Source of the DNA: Enterococcus camelliae
GTDB lineage: Bacteria > Bacillota > Bacilli > Lactobacillales > Enterococcaceae
Assembly (NCBI RefSeq): GCF_042685105.1
Contig: NZ_JBHUMO010000056.1
Coordinates: 65,383-89,382 of the forward strand
Length of the DNA stretch: 24,000 nucleotides
Reading direction: 5' to 3'
In this document: positions 1 through 8,529 of the stretch, piece after piece
How the letters are laid out: every line of letters begins with the position of its first letter
Numbering within the stretch: position 1 is the first letter of the stretch
Notes under the pieces: model-generated
What the model was told of the DNA's origin: nothing
Databases searched by the model: none
The model's input: the letters and a program-made list of their open reading frames with translations, nothing else
Position numbers and translations under genes: made by a program

Positions 1-1
1 A

Positions 2-403
2 ATGAAACGTAAGGTTGCTGAAATTGCACCGAAACTAGGAATTGAGCAACTTTTGCATAAGCGAATCTCTGAAATCTCTGGTGGGCAAGCGCAACGGGTG
101 GCAGTAGCACGAGCGATGATCCATCATCCTCAATTGGTATTAGCGGATGAGCCAACAGGAAATCTTGATACGAAGGCATCTAAGGATGTGATGCGTCTAT
201 TTAAGCAACTGAATGAAGAAGAACAAGCGACATTGTTAATGGTTACTCATGATCCTTTGTCAGCTAGCTATTGTCGGCGAATCCTATTTATTAAAGATGG
301 CAAATTGATCAGTGATATTCATCAAGCTTCGACACAAGAAGTATTTTATCAAGAAATCATGCAACAGCTCGCTCATTTGGAGGGCATAAATGATGAATTT
401 TAA
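2..403 (+). CDS. ABC transporter ATP-binding protein, C-terminal part (5' end outside window); BceA/MacB-like partner of the downstream FtsX-type permease
   Basis: Translation carries the ABC signature ISGGQAQR and Walker B LVLADEPTGNLD. The stop overlaps the ATGATG start of the permease at 390. Confidence 0.9.
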   Translation: MKRKVAEIAPKLGIEQLLHKRISEISGGQAQRVAVARAMIHHPQLVLADEPTGNLDTKASKDVMRLFKQLNEEEQATLLMVTHDPLSASYCRRILFIKDGKLISDIHQASTQEVFYQEIMQQLAHLEGINDEF

Positions 404-2205
404 ACAATTTGTTTATCGTAATACGATGCGCAATAAGTCATTATACTTGGCCTATTTTTTAAGTACTTTGATTTCTGTCATGGTTTTTTTTACGTTCAGT
501 ACGATGGCTTTTCATCCAATTCTTCAATCAGGAGTAAGCGGAAATTTAAAAGTTGGGATGTTGGGATCAGCTATTCTGATTTTCGGTTTTTCTTTTTTCT
601 TTGTAGTTTATTCATTGAGTATTTTTTTGCAATCACGTAAAAAAGAATTTGGCCTATTATTGATTCAAGGAATGAGTATGAAACAGCTCCGGCGAATGAT
701 TAGTCTAGAAACATTGGTCATAGGCTTTTGGTCAATTCTTTTCGGTAGCTTGTTTGGATTGGGATTTTCACAACTTATTTTATTAGTAGCTAAGCAACTC
801 ATTGGCTTAAATTTTGTTGCGTATTTTCCAAGTAAAGCCATCCTATTAACAGTTGTATCGTTTAGTCTTTTATTTCTTTTAAGTTCCGGCATTTCGCAAT
901 TTCAATTACCGAAACAAACAATTCAGCAATTGTTAAAAGCCGATGAACGTGGCAAAGGAAAACTCGTTTTTTCAAAAGTAAAAAGCATGTTTGCATTTAT
1001 ATTGCTCGCAGGTGGTTACACGATTGCGTTAGTGTCACAGGGAGCAACTGTTGTTATGGTCTTTATTCCGGTGCTCATTATGGTGGTCATTGGAACCCTT
1101 CTCTTTTTTTCACAGCTTAGCGTTCAAATGATTGAAGGAATGAAAAAACGGTTAAATTTTTTCTGGAGGAAACACAATTTGGTTGTTTTTTCGGATTTAG
1201 CTTTTCGAATGAAAGACAATGCACGTTCCTTTTTTTTTGATTACAATTGTTTCAACGGTGGCTTTCGTAGCAGTAGGGACGTTGTATGGAGTCCAAGCTA
1301 TTTTTTTAGGCGTTTTGAATTATATGCCTTATGATTTTTCAGCACCATCTGAACAAAACTCTGTTGAGCAAGTAGAAAAAACATTGACGAACTTACATAT
1401 AGCTGCGGAAAAGAGCGACTATACCTATTATACAGATGAAAAGCAAACCACGATTCATGCGTCCGAATACAATAAAATTGCTCAATTATTTGGTGAAAAA
1501 TCGCTTTCGCCCAAAGAGAACACAGCGATTCAGTTACAAGAGACCGGTACAAATCATCAGATCACATCGGTCAAACAAGTGACAATTGGTCACCAAAAAC
1601 TAGCGATAACGGCAGAACAGTCAACGGGAATCCTGCCTGTTTATCAAGGAACATTTGTCGTACCGGATGCAATTCCTTTAAAAGGTACAGCAACCAATAA
1701 CACTGTTTGGGTAACTAGACATGCTTCAGAAAAACAAAAAATCAAAGCTGGCGAAACATTAGCAGATAACCCAATGATTACTTCTGTCGCCTACACCAAA
1801 GATACAACGCTTAAAGGCTATGCACCAATGCTGTTCATTGGCATTTTTATTAGCTTGGTGTTTCTTGTATCGGCTGGAAGTTTTCTGTACTTTCGACTGT
1901 ATAGCGACTTGGCAAATGATACTCAAAAATACCGTATGATTTTTCGTTTGGGATTATCTCGCAAAGAGTTAAAGAAAATGATTTACCGTCAAGTCGGTAT
2001 CCTATTTTTTATTCCATTGCTTGTTGCACTCGCTCACAGTGTTGTTGCGTTGATTGCCATGTATCACATTTTTTCTTTATCCATGCAAGGGGCAGCTATT
2101 CAGGTACTGATTCTGTTTGTTTGTGTGTATACGTTGTATTATTTTGTTGCTAGCCGTTTGTACTTTCAATCAATTGCAACCAGTATTGGCATGGCCCAAA
2201 AATAA
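390..2205 (+). pseudogene. BceB/FtsX-type ABC permease (bacitracin/peptide-antibiotic-resistance type), split into two overlapping ORFs (390-1334 and 1219-2205) by a frameshift in a T9 run at 1230-1238
   Basis: The N-terminal ORF has multiple TM helices and the C-terminal ORF has a large soluble loop followed by 3 TM helices, which is BceB-like architecture. Frame 1 reads ..NARSFFFDYN and frame 2 reads MHVPFFLITIVSTVAFVAVG. Removing one T gives a continuous ..NARSFFLITIVSTVAF.. protein of about 604 aa. Confidence 0.8.
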
Positions 2206-2223
2206 AAAATTGCCATGTAGAAC

Positions 2224-2252
2224 TTGCACTTAAAAATATTTTCACGTATAGT
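2224..2252 (+). promoter_or_regulatory. candidate sigma-A promoter for rlmN: TTGCAC (2224-2229), 17-nt spacer, TATAGT (2247-2252)
   Basis: Hexamers and spacing read directly from the sequence. It lies in the 55-nt gap after the permease stop. Confidence 0.4.
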
Positions 2253-2260
2253 AGTCAACG

Positions 2261-3349
2261 ATGAAAATGAAAAGAGGAAAACAAGTGAAGTGTTCTATAT
2301 ATGGTTTAACAATGAATGAATTAACGGAATGGTTTTTAGAGCAAGGCGAAAAAAAATTCCGTGCTACCCAAGTTTGGGAATGGCTCTATCAAAAAAGAGT
2401 TCAGTCTTTTGCTGAGATGACGAATTTATCAAAAACGGTCATTGCAAAATTAACGGATGCATTTGTTATCAATCCTTTAAACCAAGTGATTGTGCAAGAA
2501 GCCCAGGATGGCACGGTAAAGTACTTATTTCAATTGCCCGATAAGCATATGATTGAAACCGTGATGATGCCCCAAGAATACGGGGTGTCCGTGTGTGTGA
2601 CGACTCAGGTTGGCTGTAATATCGGGTGTACATTTTGTGCCAGTGGTATTTTAAAGAAACAACGCGATTTGACTGCTGGTGAAATTGTGGCGCAAATAAT
2701 GTTGGTTCAACATTACCTTGATGAAAAAGGTCAAGGTAATCGAGTGTCGCACATTGTCGTTATGGGGATTGGGGAGCCATTTGACAATTACAACAATGTT
2801 ATGAATTTCTTGCATGTAGTCAATGATGCCAAAGGACTTGCCATTGGTGCCAGACATATCACCGTTTCGACAAGCGGTTTAGTACCAAAAATTAAGGAGT
2901 TCGCAGACAATGGCCTCCAAGTTAATTTAGCCATTTCATTGCATGCCCCGAACAATGATGTCCGCACCTCAATCATGCGCATCAATCGGACATTTCCAAT
3001 TGAAAAACTAATGGATGCAGTCGATTATTATTTAGAAAAAACCAATCGTCGTATTACCTTTGAATACATTATGTTGAGTCATGTCAATGATCGCGTGGAG
3101 CATGCGCAACAGTTGGCTGATTTATTAAAGGACAAGAAGAAATTAACTTATGTAAATCTGATTCCTTATAACCCAGTCAGTGAACATGACCAATATGCGC
3201 GTAGTTCACGAAATGATGTGATGAAATTTTACGATGTTTTGAAGAAAAATGGGGTCAATTGTGTGATACGTAAAGAGTATGGAACAGATATTGACGCTGC
3301 TTGTGGACAATTGCGTAGCAAACAAATGAAACAGAGCACAACAAACTAA
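2261..3349 (+). CDS. rlmN: 23S rRNA/tRNA (adenine-C2)-methyltransferase RlmN, radical SAM
   Basis: Radical-SAM cluster motif [12 protein letters not shown]-terminal YGLT..EL..W......[13 protein letters not shown] block typical of RlmN, and C-terminal ..DIDAACGQL. The true start is probably GTG 2285, preceded by AAGAGGAAA at 2271-2279, rather than ATG 2261. Confidence 0.93.
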   Translation: MKMKRGKQVKCSIYGLTMNELTEWFLEQGEKKFRATQVWEWLYQKRVQSFAEMTNLSKTVIAKLTDAFVINPLNQVIVQEAQDGTVKYLFQLPDKHMIETVMMPQEYGVSVCVTTQVGCNIGCTFCASGILKKQRDLTAGEIVAQIMLVQHYLDEKGQGNRVSHIVVMGIGEPFDNYNNVMNFLHVVNDAKGLAIGARHITVSTSGLVPKIKEFADNGLQVNLAISLHAPNNDVRTSIMRINRTFPIEKLMDAVDYYLEKTNRRITFEYIMLSHVNDRVEHAQQLADLLKDKKKLTYVNLIPYNPVSEHDQYARSSRNDVMKFYDVLKKNGVNCVIRKEYGTDIDAACGQLRSKQMKQSTTN

Positions 3350-3355
3350 TTTTTA

Positions 3356-3384
3356 GAGCAGTCAGAAGACTGTTCTTTTTTTTT
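3356..3384 (+). terminator. rho-independent terminator of rlmN
   Basis: Stem GAGCAGTC/GACTGTTC (8 bp, one G-U), loop AGAA, then T9 (3376-3384). Confidence 0.75.
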
Positions 3385-3515
3385 GGAAAAATGGAGGGAA
3401 GCAAGTGCTGTTTATAAAAATTTAGAAGCCGTAGATGAAGAAATTCGTTTGTGTAGTTGTTTACAAAATAAAGAATAAAATGTTTTTGGCCTAAAAAAAC
3501 GATGAATAAAAAATA

Positions 3516-3545
3516 AGGACACAAATTTTACACATTTTTTACAAT
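3516..3545 (+). promoter_or_regulatory. candidate distal oppA promoter P1: AGGACA (3516-3521), 18-nt spacer, TACAAT (3540-3545)
   Basis: Hexamers read from the sequence, with an A-rich UP-like tract upstream. The -35 match is weak. Confidence 0.25.
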
Positions 3546-3580
3546 TATGAAGAAAAAATGAAATTTTTATAAAATACTGC

Positions 3581-3609
3581 TTGCTTTTTTAATAATTACT
3601 AATTAAAAT
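3581..3609 (+). promoter_or_regulatory. candidate proximal oppA promoter P2: TTGCTT (3581-3586), 17-nt spacer, TAAAAT (3604-3609)
   Basis: Hexamers and spacing read from the sequence, about 60 nt upstream of the oppA start. Confidence 0.35.
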
Positions 3610-3631
3610 TTAATTTAATTCAGACAATACT

Positions 3632-3646
3632 CATTTTCTGAAAAAA
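3632..3646. promoter_or_regulatory. candidate CodY box CATTTTCTGAAAAAA (12/15 match to AATTTTCWGAAAATT)
   Basis: Read directly from the sequence. It sits between candidate promoter P2 and the oppA SD. opp operons are classic CodY targets in low-GC Gram-positives. Confidence 0.3.
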
Positions 3647-3668
3647 AAAGATAAAGGAGAGTTTATGC

Positions 3669-5336
3669 ATGAAAAAGAGATGGGCCTATAGCTTGGTTAC
3701 GATTTTTGGACTTGCACTAGCAGGTTGTTCTACTACAGGTGGATCTTCCTCATCGACAGCGACATCCAATAGTTCAGGAGGAGAAGCAAAAGATCAGACC
3801 TTTAAAGTCGTTGTGCAACAAGAAATGCCAAGTGCTGATCTATCATTGGCAACCGATACGATTAGTTTCAGTGCATTAAATAATGTGTACGAAGGAATTT
3901 ATCGCTTAAATAAAGACAACAGTCCAGAACCTGCGGGCGCTTCTGAGAAAGCCAAAGTGAGTGATGATGGTCTAACCTATACAATTAAATTACGTAAAGA
4001 TGCCAAATGGTCAAATGGGGACCCCGTAACGGCCGCAGATTATGTTTACGGATGGCAACGAACCGTTAATCCGAAAACAGCATCAGAATATGCCTATCTT
4101 TTTTCACCAGTCAAAAATGCGGATGATATCACAGCTGGTAAGACAGCGGTCGATCAATTAGGAATTAAGGCCGTTAATGATCATGAATTAGAAATTACTT
4201 TATCCAAAGCTACACCGTACTTTGACTATTTATTAGCATTCCCTTCATTTTTCCCACAAAATCAAAAAGTCGTTGAAGAGAATGGTTCAAAATATGCTCA
4301 ATCTAGTGCTACAGCAGTTTACAATGGACCATTTACCTTAACAGACTTTGATGGACCTGGTACTGATACTGAGTGGAGTTACACGAAAAATGATCAATAT
4401 TGGGACAAAGAAAATGTGAAATTAGCTAAAGTCGAAGTGAGTGTTGTGAAAGAATCATCAACTTCTTTGAACTTATTCCAAGATGGAGAAGCGGATGATG
4501 TCATCCTTTCTGGTGAATTGGCACAACAAATGGCCAATGACAAATCATTTGTCTCTCAACCAGAAGCTTCTACGACCTATCTAGAAATGAATCAACGGAA
4601 GGCAGACTCACCATTTAAAAATGAAAACTTAAGAAAAGCAATTTCTTACGCTATTGATCGTGACTCGTTGGTAAATTCTATTTTAGGTGATGGTTCAATT
4701 GCTTCTACTGGTTTAGTACCATCTGGGATGACATTTAGTCCTAAAAACAAAGAAGATTTTACAAAATCGGCTGGGACTGAACTTTCTTACAGCAAGAAGG
4801 AAGCGAAAGAATATTGGGAAAAAGCGAAAAAAGAATTGGGTATTACTTCTTTGAAGTTTGATATTTTATCTTCTGATACCGATTCATCTAAAAAAATTAC
4901 CGAATATCTTCAAAGTGCCATTCAAGAATCTTTGGAAGGTGTGACTGTTACGCTAAGTCCAGTACCATTCTCTGTTCGTTTGGACCGTTCAAATGCCGGT
5001 GATTTCGATGTTGTCATGGGTGGCTGGGGAGCTGACTATGCTGATGCAAGTAGTTTCTTAGATTTATTTGTGACAGGCAATTCTTATAACCGTGGGCAAT
5101 GGAGCAATTCAGAGTATGATGCAACAATCAAAGCAGCTAGTACAACCGATGTTAGTGATCCAGAAAAACGCTGGGATGATTTGGTTAAAGCTGAAAAAGT
5201 TTTAATGGATACACACGGCGTTGTTCCATTGTATCAAAAAGCCGAAGCACACTTACGTAATACGAAAGCGAAGGGCGTGGTTGCCCATGGTGCGGGGGCA
5301 CAATACGACTATAAATGGACGTACATCGCTAAATAA
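3669..5336 (+). CDS. oppA: oligopeptide ABC transporter substrate-binding lipoprotein (SBP family 5), paralogue 1
   Basis: Lipobox LALAGC at the N-terminus and family-5 SBP blocks (WSNGDPVTAADYVYGWQR, VMGGWGADYADASSF). SD AAAGGAGAG lies upstream of ATG 3669. Confidence 0.9.
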   Translation: MKKRWAYSLVTIFGLALAGCSTTGGSSSSTATSNSSGGEAKDQTFKVVVQQEMPSADLSLATDTISFSALNNVYEGIYRLNKDNSPEPAGASEKAKVSDDGLTYTIKLRKDAKWSNGDPVTAADYVYGWQRTVNPKTASEYAYLFSPVKNADDITAGKTAVDQLGIKAVNDHELEITLSKATPYFDYLLAFPSFFPQNQKVVEENGSKYAQSSATAVYNGPFTLTDFDGPGTDTEWSYTKNDQYWDKENVKLAKVEVSVVKESSTSLNLFQDGEADDVILSGELAQQMANDKSFVSQPEASTTYLEMNQRKADSPFKNENLRKAISYAIDRDSLVNSILGDGSIASTGLVPSGMTFSPKNKEDFTKSAGTELSYSKKEAKEYWEKAKKELGITSLKFDILSSDTDSSKKITEYLQSAIQESLEGVTVTLSPVPFSVRLDRSNAGDFDVVMGGWGADYADASSFLDLFVTGNSYNRGQWSNSEYDATIKAASTTDVSDPEKRWDDLVKAEKVLMDTHGVVPLYQKAEAHLRNTKAKGVVAHGAGAQYDYKWTYIAK

Positions 5337-5353
5337 TTAAGGTAGTTTGATAC

Positions 5354-5386
5354 CAATCTCATTCAGTTGGTTACTGAATGAGATTG
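5354..5386 (+). terminator. perfect 14-bp stem-loop between the two oppA paralogues (partial terminator/attenuator or mRNA-stabilising hairpin)
   Basis: CAATCTCATTCAGT (5354-5367), loop TGGTT, ACTGAATGAGATTG (5373-5386). The 3' tail AGTTTAATT is only weakly U-rich. Confidence 0.5.
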
Positions 5387-5427
5387 AGTTTAATTAGGAT
5401 ACTATGCCAAAAATAAGGGGGAACACG

Positions 5428-7077
5428 ATGAAAAAGAAACAGATTATTGGTTGGTTAGCTTTATGTGGAATTGTTTTAGCGGGTTGTACAACTGGAGGAT
5501 CTACCAAAGAAAGTGGAACTTCAAGTTCAACCACAAAACAAGAATTTAATGTTGTTGTTCAACAAGAAATGCCAACAGCAGATTTATCAGTGGCGACAGA
5601 TACGATTAGTTTTACGGCATTAAATAATGTGTATGAAGGATTATATCGTTTAGACAGTGAAAATAAACCACAGGCAGCTGGTGCTGCAGAATTGGCCACT
5701 GTTAGTGATGATGGACTAACCTACACACTAAAATTACGAGAAGATGCCAAATGGTCAAATGGCGACCCTGTAACGGCGGCAGATTATGTTTATGGTTGGC
5801 AACGTACAGTCAATCCAAAAACAGCTTCAGAATATGCTTATTTATATGAATCTGTTGAAAATGCAACAGAAATCACTAACGGAGAAAAAACAGTTGATCA
5901 ATTGGGAATCAAAGAAAAAGGTGATTATGAGTTAGAAATTAAACTAACAAAACCAACACCGTATTTCCAATACCTATTGGCTTTCCCTTCATTTTTCCCA
6001 CAAAATCAAAAAGAAGTGGAAAAAGAGGGCGATAATTATGCCAAGACAAGTGCGAATGCTATCTACAATGGGCCATTTACACTTGAAGGATTTGATGGCC
6101 CAGGTACGGATACTGAATGGAGTTACAAGAAAAACAAAGAATATTGGGATAAAAAGAATGTAAAACTGGAAACAATCAATGTCAGTGTTGTAAAAGAATC
6201 CTCAACTTCTCTCAATCTTTTCAAAGATGGTCAAGCGGATGATGTGATTCTTTCAGGTGAACTAGCACAACAAATGGCTAATGATAAGGCTTTTGTCTCA
6301 CAAGAAGATGGTCGTACTTCTTATTTAGAATACAACCAACGAAAAGCAGATTCTCCATTTAGAAATACCAAATTACGTCAAGCCATTTCCTATTCCATTG
6401 ACCGTAATGTGTTAGTGAAAAATGTCTTAGGTGATGGTTCAATTGCTTCAACAGGTTTGATTCCAAAGAACTTGACATTTGGACCTGATGGTACTGAATT
6501 TACCAAAGCATCTGGAAAACAGGTAAGTTATGATGCTGACAAGGCGAAAAAACTTTGGGCAGAGGCTAAAAGTGAACTAGGCATCAGCTCATTGACGTTT
6601 GATATCATCGCTTCAGATGATGATTCAACGAAAAAAGTAGTTGAGTACATTCAAAATGCCATTCAAGAAAACTTAGAGGGGACTAAGGTAACCGTGACGC
6701 CTGTACCATTTTCAGTTCGTCTAGATCGTTCAACATCAGGTGATTTTGAAGTTGTCATGGGTGGTTGGGGAGCTGACTATGCTGATGCAAGTAGCTTTAC
6801 AGATCTCTTTGTCACTGGCAATTCTTACAACCGCGGACAATGGAGCAATGCCGAATATGATAAGGTAAATAAAGCGGCAGGAACAACCAATGTAGCAAAT
6901 CCTGAAAAACGTTGGGCCGACTTACTTGATGCAGAAAAAATAATTATGGCGGATCAAGGTGTAACGCCGGTCTTCCAAAAAGCTGAAGCACATTTACGAG
7001 CAACCAAAGTAAAAGATGTTGTTGTACACAGTGCAGGAGCTCAATACGATTACAAATGGGCTTATATTAAAGAATAA
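5428..7077 (+). CDS. oppA: oligopeptide ABC transporter substrate-binding lipoprotein, paralogue 2
   Basis: The ORF opens at 5404, but SD AAGGGGG (5415-5421) lies 6 nt before ATG 5428 (MKKKQIIGW..). Lipobox VLAGC. Long blocks are identical to paralogue 1. Confidence 0.9.
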   Translation: MKKKQIIGWLALCGIVLAGCTTGGSTKESGTSSSTTKQEFNVVVQQEMPTADLSVATDTISFTALNNVYEGLYRLDSENKPQAAGAAELATVSDDGLTYTLKLREDAKWSNGDPVTAADYVYGWQRTVNPKTASEYAYLYESVENATEITNGEKTVDQLGIKEKGDYELEIKLTKPTPYFQYLLAFPSFFPQNQKEVEKEGDNYAKTSANAIYNGPFTLEGFDGPGTDTEWSYKKNKEYWDKKNVKLETINVSVVKESSTSLNLFKDGQADDVILSGELAQQMANDKAFVSQEDGRTSYLEYNQRKADSPFRNTKLRQAISYSIDRNVLVKNVLGDGSIASTGLIPKNLTFGPDGTEFTKASGKQVSYDADKAKKLWAEAKSELGISSLTFDIIASDDDSTKKVVEYIQNAIQENLEGTKVTVTPVPFSVRLDRSTSGDFEVVMGGWGADYADASSFTDLFVTGNSYNRGQWSNAEYDKVNKAAGTTNVANPEKRWADLLDAEKIIMADQGVTPVFQKAEAHLRATKVKDVVVHSAGAQYDYKWAYIKE

Positions 7078-7089
7078 CATGCAATAAAA

Positions 7090-7148
7090 AACTGCGAACG
7101 TGCTTAGTGGTCATGCCAAAAGCTTGACCATTAAGCGACGTTGCAGTT
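7090..7148. terminator. long imperfect hairpin between convergent oppA-2 and the antisense membrane gene (bidirectional terminator candidate)
   Basis: AACTGCGAACGTGCTTAGTGGTCA pairs with TGACCATTAAGCGACGTTGCAGTT (about 22 bp, two single-nt bulges), loop TGCCAAAAGCT. An A-run lies upstream and a T-containing tract downstream. Confidence 0.55.
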
Positions 7149-7162
7149 GCTGTTGCTGTTGA

Positions 7163-7498
7163 TTACAGAAAAGCCAAGCCTAAAAATACCAAACTCAAAA
7201 GGAATAGTATCAAGGCAGGTTCCAACCAAAAGCGATAACTTGTTCGACCGATTTCTGAAAGCGTGAGATAGTCTTCTTTTGTTTTCCTAAAAGCTTTTTT
7301 CCATGAATATTGAAAGAAGTCAAGTGATCCAGAGGCGCAAACCCATAAAAAGCTTCCAATGATTAAAAAGAATAGAGTGAAGGAAAATAATAGGTCAGAC
7401 ACACGGGACCAAGCAAAATCTGAGAAGATCATTGGCCATAACAAGCTAATAATCAACCCCGCAATACTGATGATGAGGGTACTTTTACGAAGGTGCAT
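7163..7498 (-). CDS. small integral membrane protein (111 aa, about 3-4 TM helices), function unknown; possibly DUF3899-like
   Basis: Hydrophobic segments in the translation, SD AAGGAG (reverse complement of 7506-7511) upstream of the ATG, and its own promoter candidate. The family assignment is from memory only. Confidence 0.6.
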   Translation of the reverse strand: MHLRKSTLIISIAGLIISLLWPMIFSDFAWSRVSDLLFSFTLFFLIIGSFLWVCASGSLDFFQYSWKKAFRKTKEDYLTLSEIGRTSYRFWLEPALILFLLSLVFLGLAFL

Positions 7499-7538
7499 AC
7501 CAAACTCCTTTCTAAACTAATACATAAATAATAAAATA

Positions 7539-7567
7539 ACTTTACAAAATTATTGTTTATAAGTCAA
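7539..7567 (-). promoter_or_regulatory. candidate promoter of the antisense membrane gene: TTGACT, 17-nt spacer, TAAAGT (minus strand)
   Basis: Reverse complement of 7562-7567 is TTGACT and of 7539-7544 is TAAAGT, with a 17-nt spacer. Confidence 0.4.
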
Positions 7568-7587
7568 AACACTTAGGAGGAAAATAA

Positions 7588-8529
7588 GTGAATAGTTTTG
7601 TTAAATATATCTTAAAAAGAATTTTTTTTATGGTGGTTACGTTGTGGATTATTGCGACGATTACCTTTTTCTTAATGAAATTGCTACCTGGTACACCCTA
7701 TACGAATGCAGAAAAATTGAGTGCACAACAAATTGCCCTGTTAAATAAACAAATGGGCTTGGATAAGCCAATGATTGTGCAATATGGTCTATATTTGAAT
7801 AATTTATTGCACTTTGATTTGGGGATTTCCTTCCAATTTAAAAACCAACCAGTAGCCAATCTGCTGAGTGCTCGTATTGGACCATCCTTACAATTAGGGA
7901 TTCAAGCAATCATTGTTGGGACACTAGGAGGCATTATTCTAGGAGCTATTTCAGCGATGAAACAAAATACTTGGATCGATACAACGGCAACCTTAGTGGC
8001 GATTCTTGGACGCTCCATTCCAAACTTTGTGTTTGCTGTCTTATTACAATATGTGTTTGCCATGAAATTGCACATTTTACCAATTGCAAAATGGGAAACC
8101 TTTGCTTATACAATCTTACCAACGATTGCCTTGGCAATGTCCCCATTAGCAGATTCTGCTCGGTTTATTCGGACGGAAATGGTGGAAGTGTTGCATAGTG
8201 ATTATGTGGAACTGGCACGTGCAAAAGGCTTAAGCCGTTGGGGAATTGTTTTTCATCATGGCTTACGTAACAGTTTGATTCCATTATTAACACTGTTAGG
8301 ACCATTAGCAGTTGGACTGATGACTGGTTCGCTGGTTGTTGAAAATATTTTTGCTATTCCGGGTATCGGAGAGCAATTTGTCAAATCAATCATGACAAAT
8401 GATTACCCAACGATTATGGCTGTGACGATGCTTTATTCAGCAATGTTGGTTGTGGTTATTCTAATTGTCGACATTTTATATGGAATTGTTGATCCAAGAA
8501 TTCGTGTATCAGAAGGGAGTCGTAGCTAA
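7588..8529 (+). CDS. oppB: oligopeptide ABC transporter permease OppB
   Basis: GTG start 7 nt after AGGAGG (7575-7580). Typical OppB/DppB N-terminus (FVKYILKRI..) and six TM segments. Confidence 0.9.
   Translation: MNSFVKYILKRIFFMVVTLWIIATITFFLMKLLPGTPYTNAEKLSAQQIALLNKQMGLDKPMIVQYGLYLNNLLHFDLGISFQFKNQPVANLLSARIGPSLQLGIQAIIVGTLGGIILGAISAMKQNTWIDTTATLVAILGRSIPNFVFAVLLQYVFAMKLHILPIAKWETFAYTILPTIALAMSPLADSARFIRTEMVEVLHSDYVELARAKGLSRWGIVFHHGLRNSLIPLLTLLGPLAVGLMTGSLVVENIFAIPGIGEQFVKSIMTNDYPTIMAVTMLYSAMLVVVILIVDILYGIVDPRIRVSEGSRS

Noticed and set aside
665-1552. Minus-strand ORFs 665-892 and 1298-1552 inside the permease gene
   Set aside because: They lie entirely antisense to a well-supported membrane-protein frame, lack an SD, and have low-complexity translations typical of shadow ORFs.
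2651-3524. Minus-strand ORFs 2651-2857, 2788-2985 and 3255-3524
   Set aside because: The first two are antisense shadows of rlmN. The third runs through the rlmN terminator and the AT-rich opp promoter region with no SD.
7141-7160. Short GTTGCT micro-repeat (GCAGTTGCTGTTGCTGTTG)
   Set aside because: It has only about 2.5 units and partly forms the arm of the bidirectional hairpin, so it is too short to call a repeat feature.
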